Origin: Chrysomallon squamiferum
Lineage: Eukaryota > Animalia > Mollusca
DNA length: 64,000 nucleotides
Direction: 5' to 3'
Assembly (NCBI GenBank): GCA_012295275.1
Contig: CM022668.1
Coordinates: 10,230,001-10,294,000, forward strand
The stretch's first letter is position 1. Every line of letters begins with the position of its first letter. Made by a program: the position numbers and the translations under genes. A model generated the notes under the pieces. The model was not told where the DNA came from, made no database searches, and was given only the letters and a program-made list of their open reading frames with translations. This document shows positions 33,652 to 59,448 of the stretch, one piece after another.

Positions 33652-36309
33652 AGGCATGATTATATAAAACAAGATACTTCTGAAATTGTTCTATAGATAA
33701 GATATATCATATGTACTTTCTTTGACATTATCACTTACTCAAACACAACGGTGATAGGGTGAAATTTTAGTTTTGTCTGTCGGTCCATCAGTTGTTCTGT
33801 CAGAGTTATTAAATATCTCATTGCAGCAGAAGTGTCCCTTGCACTGGTCCAAGACTGGACCCAGAAACTGACCACTTCCTTCTTGTTAGGACTTTCCTAA
33901 ATAAATAAATTAAAATTAACAAACAAACGCACCAACTAACAAAGAAGTACACGAACTAACAAAGAAACAAATACGTTTAAAATAAATTACTATTTTGAAT
34001 GCTTTTCCTATTACTAACACTACTTCCACTACTTCTACTAGTATTACTACTTCTACACCTCGTCCTACTGCTACTTATTTAGTTACTATTATTTTCACTG
34101 AATCTATTACTATTACTACTTCACCAACTATTACGAATACAAAATATTGTACAACTACAGTAATAATTGTACTGTTAGATCTACTAGTACATCTGTAGCT
34201 ACTATTACAACATCTTACATCACCGGAGATGCATAGTACTACAATTACTATTATTATTATTATTATTAATATTATTATTACAACAACAACTCACACTACC
34301 ACTACAACAACTATCCCTCGTTCTAATACTACTACTAACATTACCACTGCTGCTACTGCAACTACTATTATGTTATTTCATATACTGTTACTACCATATT
34401 ACTATCATGCTACTGCTACTATTGCTACTGCTGTATTGTGTTTACTATACTAATGTAATGTCTGCAATGCTGCTACTATTAATATTACTACTAGTACTTA
34501 GTACTTCTACTACTATCACTAACAGCAGTGGTAATAATACTTGCATTTTACTACATTTTATTGAACCTCTATTTTGCTGTATGTTCTTGCATATTTTAAT
34601 TTATGCTCAGAGTATACACGTATTTTGTCTGCTGCCTAAAACATTAGTTTCTCAAATTAATTTTAGTCTGCAGATTTCAGACTGGCAAATCATAACAAAG
34701 CACTTAACTAGAACCAATATTTTAGATAAGAAACTAAACACGAGTATATGGGGAATCTTTGTTTAAGTGGAACAGAGGAGATGATTTGGTCGAAATTGTA
34801 CACGGATGAAAACAGACAAATAACAATTCTTGCTTTTCCCAAGAATGTTTCCACTGTTTTGCTCGATTAACACAGTGCGGTTCTTCCCTAGCGTTTTTGA
34901 GTCTTACGATCACGAATCAAAGTCAAAACACCAAACAATTCATACAAGTGACTTGTTAGTTTTTACCTTGCTTTCCAGTTTGAGAGTACGCAGAGTTATC
35001 TCCTTGGTGATGTTGGTTTCATTAATGGTTGTTATGGTGATGCTGCCATAGATACGAGACTGGCTGACTTGAGGAATGAAGCTGACATTGCTCTGCAAAG
35101 AAAGATGAATGATGATTTTCACAGTTTTATTTTATAAGACATTTACATAATTGTATAAACGATTTATTAAAAGACACATCTACACACATACGCACATACA
35201 CACATACAAATACACACACATAAAAATATATTTTTTAAAACATATTTGTTATGAATAAGTGACATTTGATATACGATAAAAATAAGAGATGATATATTAA
35301 CTTGAAATAATTATAATAATGTATTCAAAACTTGTAACATTGTAATTAATAATTAAAATAATGTAATTGATAAGAATAATAATGAAATTATAACTGCAAT
35401 TATGTAATTTATGAGTGTAGTAATTTTATTATTGACTTGAATACTGTATTTAATAATTACAACTAATAATTAATGACTGCAGTAATGCAGTTAATATTGT
35501 ACTAAAGTGCTTAATATTCATAATTATGTAAGTAATGATTTTAAAAATGTAATAATGTAATTAATATTTATAATCATGTAATTAACAACTGTAATTATCC
35601 AATTAATAACATGAATAAGGAACTTAATATTCTAATAATTCAAGTAATAATTGTAATAATGTAATTAATTGACCTGGTGACCCAGTATTATCAGTGTCAG
35701 TGAATCGTTTTCTGTTATCAGCTTCCAAAGCAGATTCTCGGTTCTGTTTGGCGTGTGGACCAGCAAATATCCTGTCTTGAGCAGACTCGACTAGAAACAC
35801 AATTTTATTTGTACAAGAAAATTATAAATAATGCAACAATCTCGTGTACATATAGAAACGAACACACATTTTAATCGTAGCATACTTACAAACGTAAGTG
35901 TTAAGATGTTGATATACATTGATACATATAAATATACACACACACACATACACACACACACACACATACATACATACATACATATACACATACATATACA
36001 GGTACCGGACCAATTATCCTGACTTCTTGGGGCTTGAGGTATTCTGGATTTCGGGATTTTAAGCTTTTCTTGTACCAAGGCATCTAAATAAGTAAATAAT
36101 TAGACATAAACATTTTAAAATTACAAAAATACAGAAAACTGACGATACACCACTGTGGCGACTCGACACGTAAACAATGCGGCGAGTGAATGAACGCCAC
36201 GCGGCTTGAGAGAGTAGTTCCGGTCTGGTGAGGACAAAACCCGCGGGTTGCGAACTTCCGGTTTCTGGTCTTTCCGGATTTCAGGACGCTGGATAATTGA
36301 TCCGGTACC

Positions 36310-36364
<55 letters not shown>

Positions 36365-36884
36365 CTAAGCACACATAAATATACTTTATAATATATATTA
36401 ATGCATACATAATATACATAAAATACCTTCAAAGATACTTACATGCACACATACATTAAAAAATATCTTGAGACATACTTACACAGACACGATCATACAG
36501 ATATTCACATACATCCAAGTACGTTTCACTGACTGCAACTACTGTACATTGAATTTATTCCAGTACAATATATAACTGTTACCAAATATCTCAGAAACTG
36601 TATACTTGAACGATAAACAAAAGTTTTACTTACAGGAGCACCAACCACGAACAAATCCTCTCTCCCGTCCACCCACAGTCTGTTATTTAATAACTTTCCT
36701 GATATGTAAAATAAAATAATTATAAAACAGCTCATTATATCAGATATTACATTTCCTTAACTTTCAGAAACATCTAGTTTATTTCATTATTTCTCAAGCA
36801 GTCTGTCTTTCCGCGCTTCAAATATTAATTTCAAGATTTTATTACTTTTATTCCTTTATATTTATATTATTATTATTATTGTTA

Positions 36885-36946
<62 letters not shown>

Positions 36947-37249
36947 TCTATCTTTCATTTGTTCGTTCAAAAGGACCGAGAACAACAAATATCGTAAAAA
37001 AATGAGGTAATAATAACAAAAAAAAATAAACAAGAGTCAAAAATAAAAACAAAATATAAGATCAAAATGAAAATAAAAATAAAAATAAATATATAAAAAT
37101 AAGAGAGAAGTCGATGAAAAAAGAACATGAGAAAAATAATAGTTGCTATATTTACAACTTGAAAATATAGCGATCAGTATAAGTATAATTACCTGTACCA
37201 GGAGTGTCTGTAGACGCAATTATCTACAATAATAATAATAATAGTAATC

Positions 37250-37307
<58 letters not shown>

Positions 37308-39909
37308 TAATATTAATCATCCTGATCGTGATGATGATTATACCACTCCTAAACAATACTAAAAATAATAATGATAAATCCATATTTCTTACTATTTAGT
37401 TTTTTCCCTCTTTCTCTCTCTGTATGTACGTATGTATGTATGTATGTATGTATGTATGTATGTATATATATAAATGAGACGTGTGTGTGTTTGTGTATGT
37501 TATGTGTGTCCATATACGTACGTATCCATCCTTCAGTATATTATTAATAATTATAATTTATAAAAGGAATATCACACAAAAAGTTGTAAATAAAATGAAA
37601 TTACTTTCACAACGTTAATTAACAAATATTCTAATATGTTGCATTTTCATCAAGATAACATTATAATGTTTCAATTTCATTTATGTCTGAAATAAATTTC
37701 TAACAACATACATTTTCATCAAGATAACTTTATACTATTTTATTTTATTTCAGTCTGAAATCTCAGTACCTGAGCTAGCTGCCTGACAGTCTTCTTGCCC
37801 ATAAGTAATGAAGATTTGTCTTTAGAATATCTTTCTACGTAGTCAGAAACAGACATACTGGTCAGTCCGTACTTGACAATCTCAACCATCACATTGAATA
37901 TGTGTTCATACTGACTCTGTAGTGAAATTAATAAGTTAGTTTAATTTATAATTAGTTCACAATAACTGAATATGTGTTCATACTGACTCTGTAGTGAAAT
38001 TAATAAGTTAGTTTAATTTATAATTAGTTCACAGTAATTGAATATGTGTTCATACTGACTCTGTAGTGAAATTAATATGTTAGTTTAATTTATAATTAGT
38101 TCACAGTAACTGAATATGTGTTCATACTGACTCTGTAGTGAAATTAATAAGTTACTTTAGTTTATAATTAGTTCACAGTAATTGATAAAGATGCATTGTA
38201 TCTGTCGTTCACTATCACTAACTCACTTTCTTACTCACTCAGAAACGTACTTACTCAATAACTCAGTCACGCTCGGTCTAAATTATTGATTATTGTTTCT
38301 TTAGATTATACTCATTGACTGAACTTAATTTACCCTCTGACCTTTATTCAAAACATTTGAGTATTATAAATATATAACTAACAAGCCGGAATGTATATTA
38401 AACTAATGATGTATATCATGTACTAAAACACGTATATTTCAATAGAAGCGAACTTGTATCTACAGACGAACAGATTAAATACATCTAGAATAAAATGCAT
38501 AACAGCACATATTTTAGTCTTGAGATTTATTAATAATCAGTCATTTGCATCAGTCCTGAAGCTTTCTAAGAACACTATTTTTCTTTTTTAAATAGCGTTT
38601 TAAATTGACGAACATTTCGTCCATTCTATAAATACTTTATCAGAAGACTTTTTCTTTCTTCTTTAAAAAAAAAAGAAGAACAGAACATGAAAATAATAAT
38701 CTCATCACCAATTTCAGTATTTGTAAATAAAGAGTATATTATATTTGTCAAGGTCATGTGTTCCCTTCTCCTTTTTCAATGAGGTGATACTGATTCGAGA
38801 GTCAAAATGTATTAATGAAAATCCAGTTTTCTTATCGAGAACATTTAATTATGTCTTGATCACAGTATTTGATTTAAACAGTTTGTAACAAGATGCACGT
38901 ATGAGTTTTTATACCCTGATTACAAAAAATAACGTGTAACAGATCTGTGTCTATTTTGTCTTTATGTTTGGTTATACCGTGCACAGCATCATGAAAACTA
39001 GGTTCAACAAATTACACACACAGTCTTCATTCCATTTAGGTTTTCATTTCCTAACAAAACAATCAAACACCAACAGATTTAATCATCCATGGAACCAAGG
39101 GAACATCCTGTAAGGAAAGACTAAACAGTGATTTCTTAGATTGGAGTCAAGCAGTCAAATGATTAGTCGACAGTATAAACAGTCTACCAACAAACCAGCG
39201 AAAGGAATCACTCACCAAGCAAACACTTGAATCTAGCAACCAACCATCAAGACACCAGTTAGATAGAAAACCGAACAACCAATCGTCTACCAACCAAAGG
39301 AATAGTCAGCAAAAAAGCACTCAAAAACAAAAAACGCATTCAGAATTAGTTCGCCAGCCAGTTATGTGACCAATCAACAACAAGCGAGTCACAACTTACT
39401 CAGTCACTTATTCTAACTTACATGAGTCTGCACCATGTTTTTTCTTTGCTCTCTGAGTCTTGTCATCACACCAAGTATGTTGATTCTGCCAGTTTTCATC
39501 TCGTCTGTGAGAATGTGTAAAGCAATGTACGTCCCTGTACGTCCTATTCCAGCACTGTGCAAAACAGGTTTAAGTTATTAGTCTTAAAAAATCCAGCTGA
39601 GTGCAATTTCCCTTTCTCTCAATCCTCAATAAGACAGCCATTTACCTATATCTCTGTCTGTTGTGTCGCTATAAATCTATAGATATATATCCTTTATTAA
39701 TCTCTATTTTATTAGTAGTAGTAGTAGTAGTATTCACATTAGTATTAGTATTATTCACACCTACCTACAGTGTACCAGGACTGGACCTGGTCTTGGAGGA
39801 CTCGTCTCTTTGGTGAGCCAGAAAAAGTCGAGAATATCCACGGCTTTGGGAACCCCATGATCAGGCCAAGACGTGAAGTGAAAGTGATCAAACGTCTTCG
39901 TCTTTCTTG
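32709..39909 (-). CDS. Gene B: RPTP paralog, 3' half (end of D1 plus D2), truncated by the assembly gap
   Basis: Exons 39765-39909 (cut by gap; WPD..VHC), 39422-39554, 37770-37916, 37193-37223, 36634-36698, 35674-35790, 34967-35092, 33739-33896, 33208-33346, 32709-32816 (ends [17 protein letters not shown]). Exon sizes match gene A except the longer last exon; no lesions seen. Confidence 0.9.
35999..36311. mobile_element. MITE, Tc1/mariner-pogo type, 313 bp
   Basis: 21-bp TIRs CAGGTACCGGA(C/T)CAATTATCC, TA flanks on both sides, non-coding. Absent from the matching gene A intron. Confidence 0.85.
37894..38185. repeat. Same 72-bp splice-acceptor repeat, 4 copies in gene B
   Basis: Four consecutive units visible. 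Confidence 0.9.
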
Positions 39910-40110
39910 NNNNNNNNNNNNNNNNNNNNNNNNNNNNNNNNNNNNNNNNNNNNNNNNNNNNNNNNNNNNNNNNNNNNNNNNNNNNNNNNNNNNNNNNNNN
40001 NNNNNNNNNNNNNNNNNNNNNNNNNNNNNNNNNNNNNNNNNNNNNNNNNNNNNNNNNNNNNNNNNNNNNNNNNNNNNNNNNNNNNNNNNNNNNNNNNNNN
40101 NNNNNNNNNT
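39910..40110. other. Assembly gap (N run)
   Basis: About 200 N. By comparison with gene A, about 15 kb of gene is missing between exon 1 (40721-40790) and the WPD exon. Confidence 0.99.
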
Positions 40111-40549
40111 ATAGCTACAATTATTAATAATGATATTAGCATAATTAGCGTCATCCGATTATGATGAAATGTATTCACGAAACCAGATATCAAAACTATT
40201 GGTTTATTTGTACACTTTATAATTGCTTTCTCACTGTTCGACCGTTACATCTTTTGATAAGATACTCTGAGAAAATAATTAACAATTTACAATAAAATAA
40301 GAGATTGTTTTTCCTTTACTTAGTTGTATCTATTTGTGTAAGCATTTATATATCTACGTGTGTATGTCTACTTGACACGTCCACAAACACACAACACACA
40401 CACATACCTACATCTGTATCAAAATATATGTGAATATGTATATATGTGTATCTGCGTGTTAATATGTATATATATATATATATTCACCTATCTACCATCT
40501 TTCTATCAATCTATCAATCAATAAATATCTGTCTATCTATCTGTCTATC

Positions 40550-40677
<128 letters not shown>

Positions 40678-40720
40678 AACACATATACATATACATACAT
40701 ACATATGTACATAAAATTAC

Positions 40721-40790
40721 CTGACACGTTTTCAGTCTTGAAATAAACACACAACGTAGAAAGAAATAAGTAAATCCAACAGTTCAACAT
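40721..40790 (-). CDS. Signal-peptide first exon of a further family member (gene B, or another gene hidden in the gap)
   Basis: MLNCWIYLFLSTLCVYFKTENVS+G with donor GTAATT. Homologous to 30509-30584 and 52503-52578. Confidence 0.8.
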
Positions 40791-41102
40791 GTTTTCTGTT
40801 CAGAAACAACAAAACCTGTTAGCTTTTATAAAACCTCCTTTCTTTATCTCTCACTACAGAGTTTGTCAAAGTAACAACAAATCATAAAACACATTCTTCA
40901 GCGGGTAGATATAAATTTACTTAATGGGAATTGTGTCCTGTAAATGTATTCGATTGTTCCTTTTTCAAATGTGTCAAGCTCTAATCTTAAGTGTAAAATT
41001 AATGTTATCAAACCAGTTCACCAGGAACATGTTTTTATCTCTAGGCAGGAGCGTATCCTTGACAGTTAAACTGGATTACCTGTGTGTCTGTCTGTCTGAC
41101 TA

Positions 41103-41136
<34 letters not shown>

Positions 41137-42475
41137 ACTATTTATCAATCTGTCTATCTGTCTCTCCATATGTTTGTCTCTCTGTATCAACACACGCGCA
41201 CACAGATGTCAATCAAAACACAAACACTGAATTTTTAATTTTTAGTAATGGTTTGTTTTTAACTATGTATTTATTACTTTACTGTACTATTTAAACAAAA
41301 ATTTGTTAGATACATACAACATTTTACTGTACAGGAATAGATCACGTGATTTTTTTTCTTTACTATCTTTTTCTATGGAGGCCTCCTCAGAATTTCATTT
41401 CACATCCTTCCTTGTCTTTCCTGATTTGCCCCTACAAGTGCTTGAAAATCTTTCTGCATTTGATATCGATCATATACGTTAATGATTTATATCGCGATCT
41501 TTGTTAAACTACCCTAAAACTGACTGCGATCAGAAATTAGTTTTATGAGCGGTTTTCGAGTGACATTGTTGTATATCTACACACAGACAAAGAGGACACT
41601 ATATTCAAAGAGATCTTCCAGTAAAGACATTAAAAATCAAACACTAGAAATAAATAAAGAAATAATGAAAAATAAAATAAAAAATAAAAACAGAAAAAAG
41701 TCAAATGCAAATAGAATACAATTAATGATACTTTCTTGTTTTAACTTTATTTTAAACTTTCAATGCATTATATAATATGCATACATAATCAAACACTAAT
41801 GCACATATACATATACAAAGAGAGAGAGAGATGGGATGGGTACAGGTTTCAAAAACATCATAAAATAGAATAATAAAATGTAAAAGCTGAAGAGAAAAAT
41901 CACATTTAACGTTAGTTCACGTTTATATATTGACAGTTAAACATTTTGTAGCAACAGTTTGAGCAGTGTTATAAGAATAGCGTAATAATATCGTAATATT
42001 TAAATACACAGATAATATGATTATAGCGTAATATTTTCACTACAGAAATAAAATTCGAGGAAGCTAAATTTTAAATATAGAAAAAACGACACTGACGTAA
42101 TTAGATAAACAGTATTAAAGTAACGTAACATTTAAATATAAAAATAACTTTAACTACAAAATAACGTAATATTTAAAACTCAAATAACATGAAAGTAAGG
42201 TAATATATATATATTCACAAATAACACGAAAATAACATAATATTTGAATGTACATGTAAGATGATAATAACACGAAGATATTTTAATACTTAAATACCAA
42301 ATATCAAAATCCAGTAAAGTATTTTTAGTTATAGAAAGGTAAGAAAATGAATACTTAATCTAAGTGATTACACATTTTTAGCTTGATATATAATTTTCGT
42401 TGCCAATTCGATTTCAGAATAAAACATTTTTTAAATGTATATAAAGTAACATTAGCACCGACAATCATTTTCCTG

Positions 42476-52578
<10,103 letters not shown>

Positions 52579-54172
52579 GTTTTCTGTTCTGAAACAACAA
52601 AATCTGTTAACTTTTACAAAACACCTCCTTTCTTTGTCCGAGTAGTTATGTCAAGAAACAACACATCACAAAACACACATTGTTCAGCGGGTTGTTATAA
52701 ATACACTTACTAGAAATGTGACCTGTAAACGCATTCGACTGTTTCTTTTAAATGTGTCAAGCTGTAGTCATGTGTAAAACAATCTTGTCGAACAAGTTAA
52801 CCAGGAAGATGTTTTTATTTTTATGCGGGAGCTTATCGGTGACATTCAGCTGGGTGTCAAATGTACCTGTGTGTTTCTCTATCAGTCTTTCTACCTCTCT
52901 TCCTTACTCTGTCTGTGTCTATAGCTTTCTAAATCAACACGACACACGCACGCCTATATCTGAGTCAAAGGAAAAACATACAAACAGATAAGCACACTTA
53001 CACATGCATACAGATTTTGTTTTTCTACGTATGTTTTCACTGTTATTGTTTTGTTGTTGTTGTTGCTGTTGTTTGTTTTGTTCGGGGAGGGGGGCTCATT
53101 TTTTTCCTGTACTTTGCGTTTGACTAAGAGTCTAATTTGTGCAGATAACATCTAAGCAAAACAGTTGCAAAACAGGAGATCGGGCTTCATAATTCTTTAG
53201 CTTATATAAACTAAGTATTGCCTATCGTTCTATTGTTTTATTGCTAAAAAACCCAGTAATGTTACATTATTATAGTGAAGTACAGCACTCAGAATATATT
53301 ATTAGTGAATAGATATTTCTTGTGTGCATGAATTCTGTTACTACTTTATTATTCTTTTTTTTTGAAAGTTTGCGCGCCACTAATAATGTTGGGTGTGTGC
53401 GAACGGTCCCTTTGGCCCCACCCAAGCTATTCCGTTGTTGTTATGATAATGATTGTGACGATAATAATAATAATTATAATAATAATCGTAATAATAATAA
53501 AATGAGTCATCGTATGCAAAATGGATATATTTAAGCAAAATAATGTTAAATACAAATATTATTTTCATTTTGTTCTTTATTTTCGTTCTAACAAATAGTA
53601 ATAAAATATAAATATGATAAAACAATCACTGACGTTAAAATAATAATAATAATAATAACAACAGCAGCAGTAGTAGTACTAGTAATAGTATTAGCAATAG
53701 TTAGAGTAGTAATAATAGTAATAGTAATAATATAAATAGTATGGCGGTATGGGTAGTAGTACTACTAATAATAATAATGGTAGTAGTAGTAGTGATAGTA
53801 ATAGTAGTAGTAGTCGCAGTAGTAGTAGTAGTAGTAGTAGTAATAGTAATAGTAGTAGTAGTAGTAGCAGCAGTAATATAGTATGAACTACAATGTAATT
53901 TGTCGAAACATATTATCTTTTGACTTTATCAAATTAACAAGATATATTTATACAGGTTTACAAACGACCATAATTATATAGATATGATGGCAGATATACA
54001 GACACATACACTCATGCACGCACGAATGATATATACATCGTTAATATGTATCCTATTAGTAATCTAATTAATCCAAATTAATGTGCTTAAGACAAATAAA
54101 ACTGAATTTAAATCAGAAAAATAATTCTTATGTCATTTGTAATCCGTATATATATATAGATACGTAGATAAT

Positions 54173-54212
<40 letters not shown>

Positions 54213-54657
54213 TACAATACACATACATATAATGTTGTGTAGGTATATAGGTATGTAGGTATGTAGGTATGTCTATGTGCGTGTCTTTGTAATAACTTTG
54301 AAAGTGTATCTGTCTACATTTATCTATTTATCTATCTATATATCTGTCTGTCTAGTTGTCTATCTATCTATCTGTCTGTCTGTCTATATAGTTATTTATT
54401 TTATACTGTTCATTCAGATAGACATTCATTATATCAATTTGTACAGCTTTATCTTGAGATATACGAAATCAAAATGTCTTAAATTTAGCAGTCTCGGTTT
54501 AAATTGTTAAAGTTACAAACATTAAATATCCACTTTGATGTCTGGATGCTAAAGTTAAACAACAAGAGTCTCACAATTAAAGATAATACGCTCCGAATTG
54601 AAATCAGATTTCACAGTTTGAAAAGTGGATGTCCCAAGTGTTTGTTAGTTTTGACAG

Positions 54658-57600
54658 TTATAAAACTGGTTGTTCCACCTCTTCTTTGGTGATTGAAATG
54701 TTTGCATATATTCCAGAGGATTCAGGGTGAGCGAAAGGAAGAGAACAGAAAAATATAAAGTCATCCTGGAAGAGAAAAGAAATAAAAAAGATTAGTAAAA
54801 TCACAATGAAGGGGAAATCGCCAGTACCTGAAGAAAATAAGTCATCCTGGGAGATAAATGAAAATAGAAAAGAAAAACAAAAAGGTTAGTAAAATCATTA
54901 TGAAGGGGAAATCATCAGTCACCGAAGAAAATTAATAAAAAGATAAAAATTCATTCAATTTTGCTTATTGTTTAAACTGAGAAATTTTGCTTATTTTCTA
55001 AACTGAATGTTTAACTAATCTACATTTCTACATACATGTGCATACACGCATATACACGTCTATTTATAGATACGTACTCACAAAGACACACACATCCATC
55101 CATCCAATCCATTCATCTAACCAGATATCTGTATAATGTAATTATTACAGACAAACCTCAGATATGTGAATGTTAGGAAGAACAGTTTGTAGTCGTCTGA
55201 CGTTGTTGAATATTTCAACTCGTTTATCAGTGAATACTGAACTCATGATGTTGTTGAGGATGCACAGTGAAACGCCTTGTTTCTTCTCTGATTCACTGTC
55301 AAAGAAAAATAAAATATCTGAAGTATAGTATGTCTGTCTGTCTGTCTGTCTGAATCTCGCAATGTTTTAGCATGTGCATGAAAGAGATACCTAGAGATTA
55401 ATACTTGCTGAAATTAAATAATATAATAGTAGTTATTGGTCTGGGTTTATGTTATTTAGTTATATATGCATTCATACATTTATACATAATGATGCATAAT
55501 AAATAAATACACACTTACCTACCTACCTACCTACCTATCTAAACACCCACACACACACACACTCACACACACACAAACACACATACACACATATATAGGC
55601 ATGATTATAAAAACAAGATACTTCTGAAATTGTTCTATAGATAAGATATATCATATGTACTTTCTTTGACGTTATGACTTACTCAAACACAACGGTGATA
55701 GGGTGAAATTTTAGTTTTGTCTGTCGGTCCATCAGTTGTTCTGTCAGAGTTATTAAATATCTCATTGCAGCAGAAGTGTCCCTTGCACTGGTCCAAGACT
55801 GGACCCAGAAACTGACCACTTCCTTCTTGTTAGGACTTTCCTAAATAAATAAATTAAAATTAACCAACAAACGCACAAACTAACAAAGAAGTACACGAAC
55901 TAACAAAGAAACAAATACGTTTAAAATAAATTACTATTTTGAATGCTTTTCCTATTACTAACACTACTTCCACTACTTCTACTAGTATTACTACTTCTAC
56001 ACCTCGTCCTACTGCTACTTAGTTACAGTTACTATTATTTTCACTGAATCTATTACTATTGCTACTTCATCAACTATTACGAATACAAAATATTGTACAA
56101 CTACAGTAATAATAGTACTGTTAGATCTACTAGTACATCTGTAGCTACTATTACAACATCTTACATCACCGGAGATGCATAGTACTACAATTACTATTAT
56201 TATTATTATTATTAATATTATTATTACAACAACAACTCACACTACCACTACAACAACTATCCCTCGTTCTAATACTACTACTAACATTACCACTGCTGCT
56301 ACTGCAACTACTATTATGTTATTTCATATACTGTTACTACCATATTACTATCATGCTACTGCTACTATTGCTACTGCTGTATTGTGTTTACTATACTAAT
56401 GTAATGTCTGCAATGCTGCTACTATTAATATTACTACTAGTACTTAGTACTTCTACTACTATCACTAACAGCACTGTTAATAATACTTGTATTTTACTAC
56501 ATTTTATTGAACCTCTATTTTGCTGTATGTTCTTACATATTTTAATTTATGCTCAGAGTATACACGTATTTTCTCTACTAACTAAAATATTAGTTTCTGA
56601 AATTAATCTTAGTCTGCAGATTTCAGACTGGCAAATCATAACAAAGTACTTAACTAGAACCAATATTTTAGATAAGAAACTAAACACGAGTATATGGGTA
56701 ATCTATGTTTAAGTGGAACAGAGGACATGATTTGCTCGAAATTGTACACGGATGAAAACAGACAAATAACGATTCTTGCTTTTTCCCAAGAATTTTTCCA
56801 CTGTTTTGCCCGATTAACACTGTGCGGTTCTTCCCTAGCGTTTTTCAGTCTTACGATCACGAATCAAAGTCAAAACACCAAACAATTCATACAAATGACT
56901 TGTCAGTTTTTACCTTGCTTTCCACTTTCAGAGTACGCAGAGTTATCTCCTTGGTGATGTTGGTTTCATTAATGGTTGTTATGGTGATGTTGCCATAGGT
57001 ACGAGACTGGCTCACTGGTGGAATGAAGCTGACATTGCTCTGCAAAGAAATCTGAATGATGATTTTCATAGTTTTATTTTATAAGACATTTACATAATTA
57101 AATAAACGATTTATTAAAACACACATCTACACATTCACACACACACATAAAAATATATTTAAAATAAAAACATATTTGTTATGAATAAGCGACATTTGAT
57201 ATACGATAAAAGTACGAGATGATATATTAAGTTAAAATAAAAATATATTGTTACACATGTGCTTTTGTCTCTACGTGTATGTATGTTTATGTGTGTTTGT
57301 GTATGTATTACAAAATTTATATTGCTAGATGTTCTCAGATATTTTTGTGTACATGCCTTTAGGCAAATTCTTTTCATTAATTTCATTTAATTAGTAATGT
57401 GGCAATTAATAATTGTCACAAACTATAAATATTAATTACAATAATGCAATTAATAACTGTAATAATGTTGTAATAATTATAATAATGTATTCAAAACTTG
57501 TAACAGTGTAATTAATAATTACAGTAATGTAATTGATAAGAATAATAATGAAATTATAACTGCAATTATGTAATTTATGAGTGTAGTAATTTTATTATGG

Positions 57601-59096
57601 ACTTGAATACTGTAATAATTATAACTAATAATTAATAATTGCAGTAATGCAGTTAATATTGTACAAATGTGCTTAATATTCATAATTATGTAAGTAATGA
57701 TTTTAAAAATGTAATTATGTAATTAATATTTATAATAATGTAATTAATAACTGTAATTAATTAATTAATAACATGAATAAAGGACTTAATATTCCAATAA
57801 TGTAATTAATGATTGTAATAATGTAATTAATTGACCTGGTGACCCAGTATTATCAGTGTCAGTGAATCGTTTTCTTTTATCAGCTTCCAAAGCAGATTCT
57901 CGGTTCTGTTTGGCGTGTAGACCAGCAAATATCCTGTCTTGAGCAGACTCGACTAGAAACAACATTTTATTTGTACAAGAAAACTACAAATAATGCTACG
58001 AACTCGTGTACATCCAAAAACGCAAACACCTTTTAATCGTAGCATACTTACAAACGTAAGTGTTAAGATGTGGATATACATTGATACACGTATATATATA
58101 CATACATACATACACACATACATACATACATATACACACACATGTACAGGTACCGGACCAATTATTCGGACTTCTTGGGGCTTGAGGTATTCTGGATTTC
58201 GGGATTTTAAGCTTTTCTTGTACCAAGGCATCTAAATAAGTAAATAATTAGACATAAACATTTTAATATTACAAAAATACAGAAAATTGTCGATACTCCA
58301 CTGTGGCGACTCGGCACATAAACAGTGCGGCGAGTGAATGAACGCCACGCGGCTTGAACGAGTAGTTCCGGGCTGGTGAGGACAACACCCGCGGGTTGCG
58401 AACTTCCGGTTTCTGTTCTTTCCGGATTTCAGGACGCTGGATAATTGATCCGGTACCTGTATGTGTGTGTGTGTGTATGTCTAAACGCACATAAATATAC
58501 TTTATAATATATATTAATGCATACATAATATACGTAAAATACCTTCAAAGATACTTACATGCACACATACATTAAAAGATATCTTGAGACATACTTACAC
58601 AGACACGATCATACAGATATTCGCATACATCCAAGTACATGTTTCACTGACTGTAAGTACTGTACATTGAATTTATTCCAGTACAATGTATAAATGTTAC
58701 CAAATATCTCAGAAACTGTATACTTCTACGATAAACAAACATTTTACTTACAGGAGCACCAACCACGAACAAATCCTCTCTCCCGTCCACCCACAGTCTG
58801 TTATGTAATAACTTTCCTGATATATAAAATAAAATAATTATAAAACAGTTCATTATATCAGATATTACATTTCCTTAACTTTCAGAAACATCTATTTTAT
58901 TTCATTATTTCTCAGACAGTCTATATCTTTCTCGTCTCTGATACATTAACCTCAAGTTTAAATTTATCTGTTTAAAACTTTATTTTTATTATTTTTATTA
59001 TTAGTTGTTTTTTTATTATTATTATTATTATTAATATGAAACTGTACATCTAAAAGAATTAGAAAAATTAAAAAATAAAAATCTTTGATTTGTTAA

Positions 59097-59136
<40 letters not shown>

Positions 59137-59401
59137 TACAACAAAAGAGTAAAAATCAAAAAAAAACATGTTAAAAATAAAAATAAAAAAAATAAACAAG
59201 AATCAAAAATAAAAAAAAACAAAATAGTTCGACAAAATGAAAAAAAATAAAAGAAAAAGAAAATATATAAAAAAAAGAGAAAATCGATGAAAAACAGACA
59301 ACAAAAAATAATAGTTGCTATATTTACAACTTCAAAAAATACAGAGATCAATACAAGTATAATTACCTGTACCAGGAGTGTTTGTAGTCGCAATTATCTA
59401 C

Positions 59402-59448
<47 letters not shown>

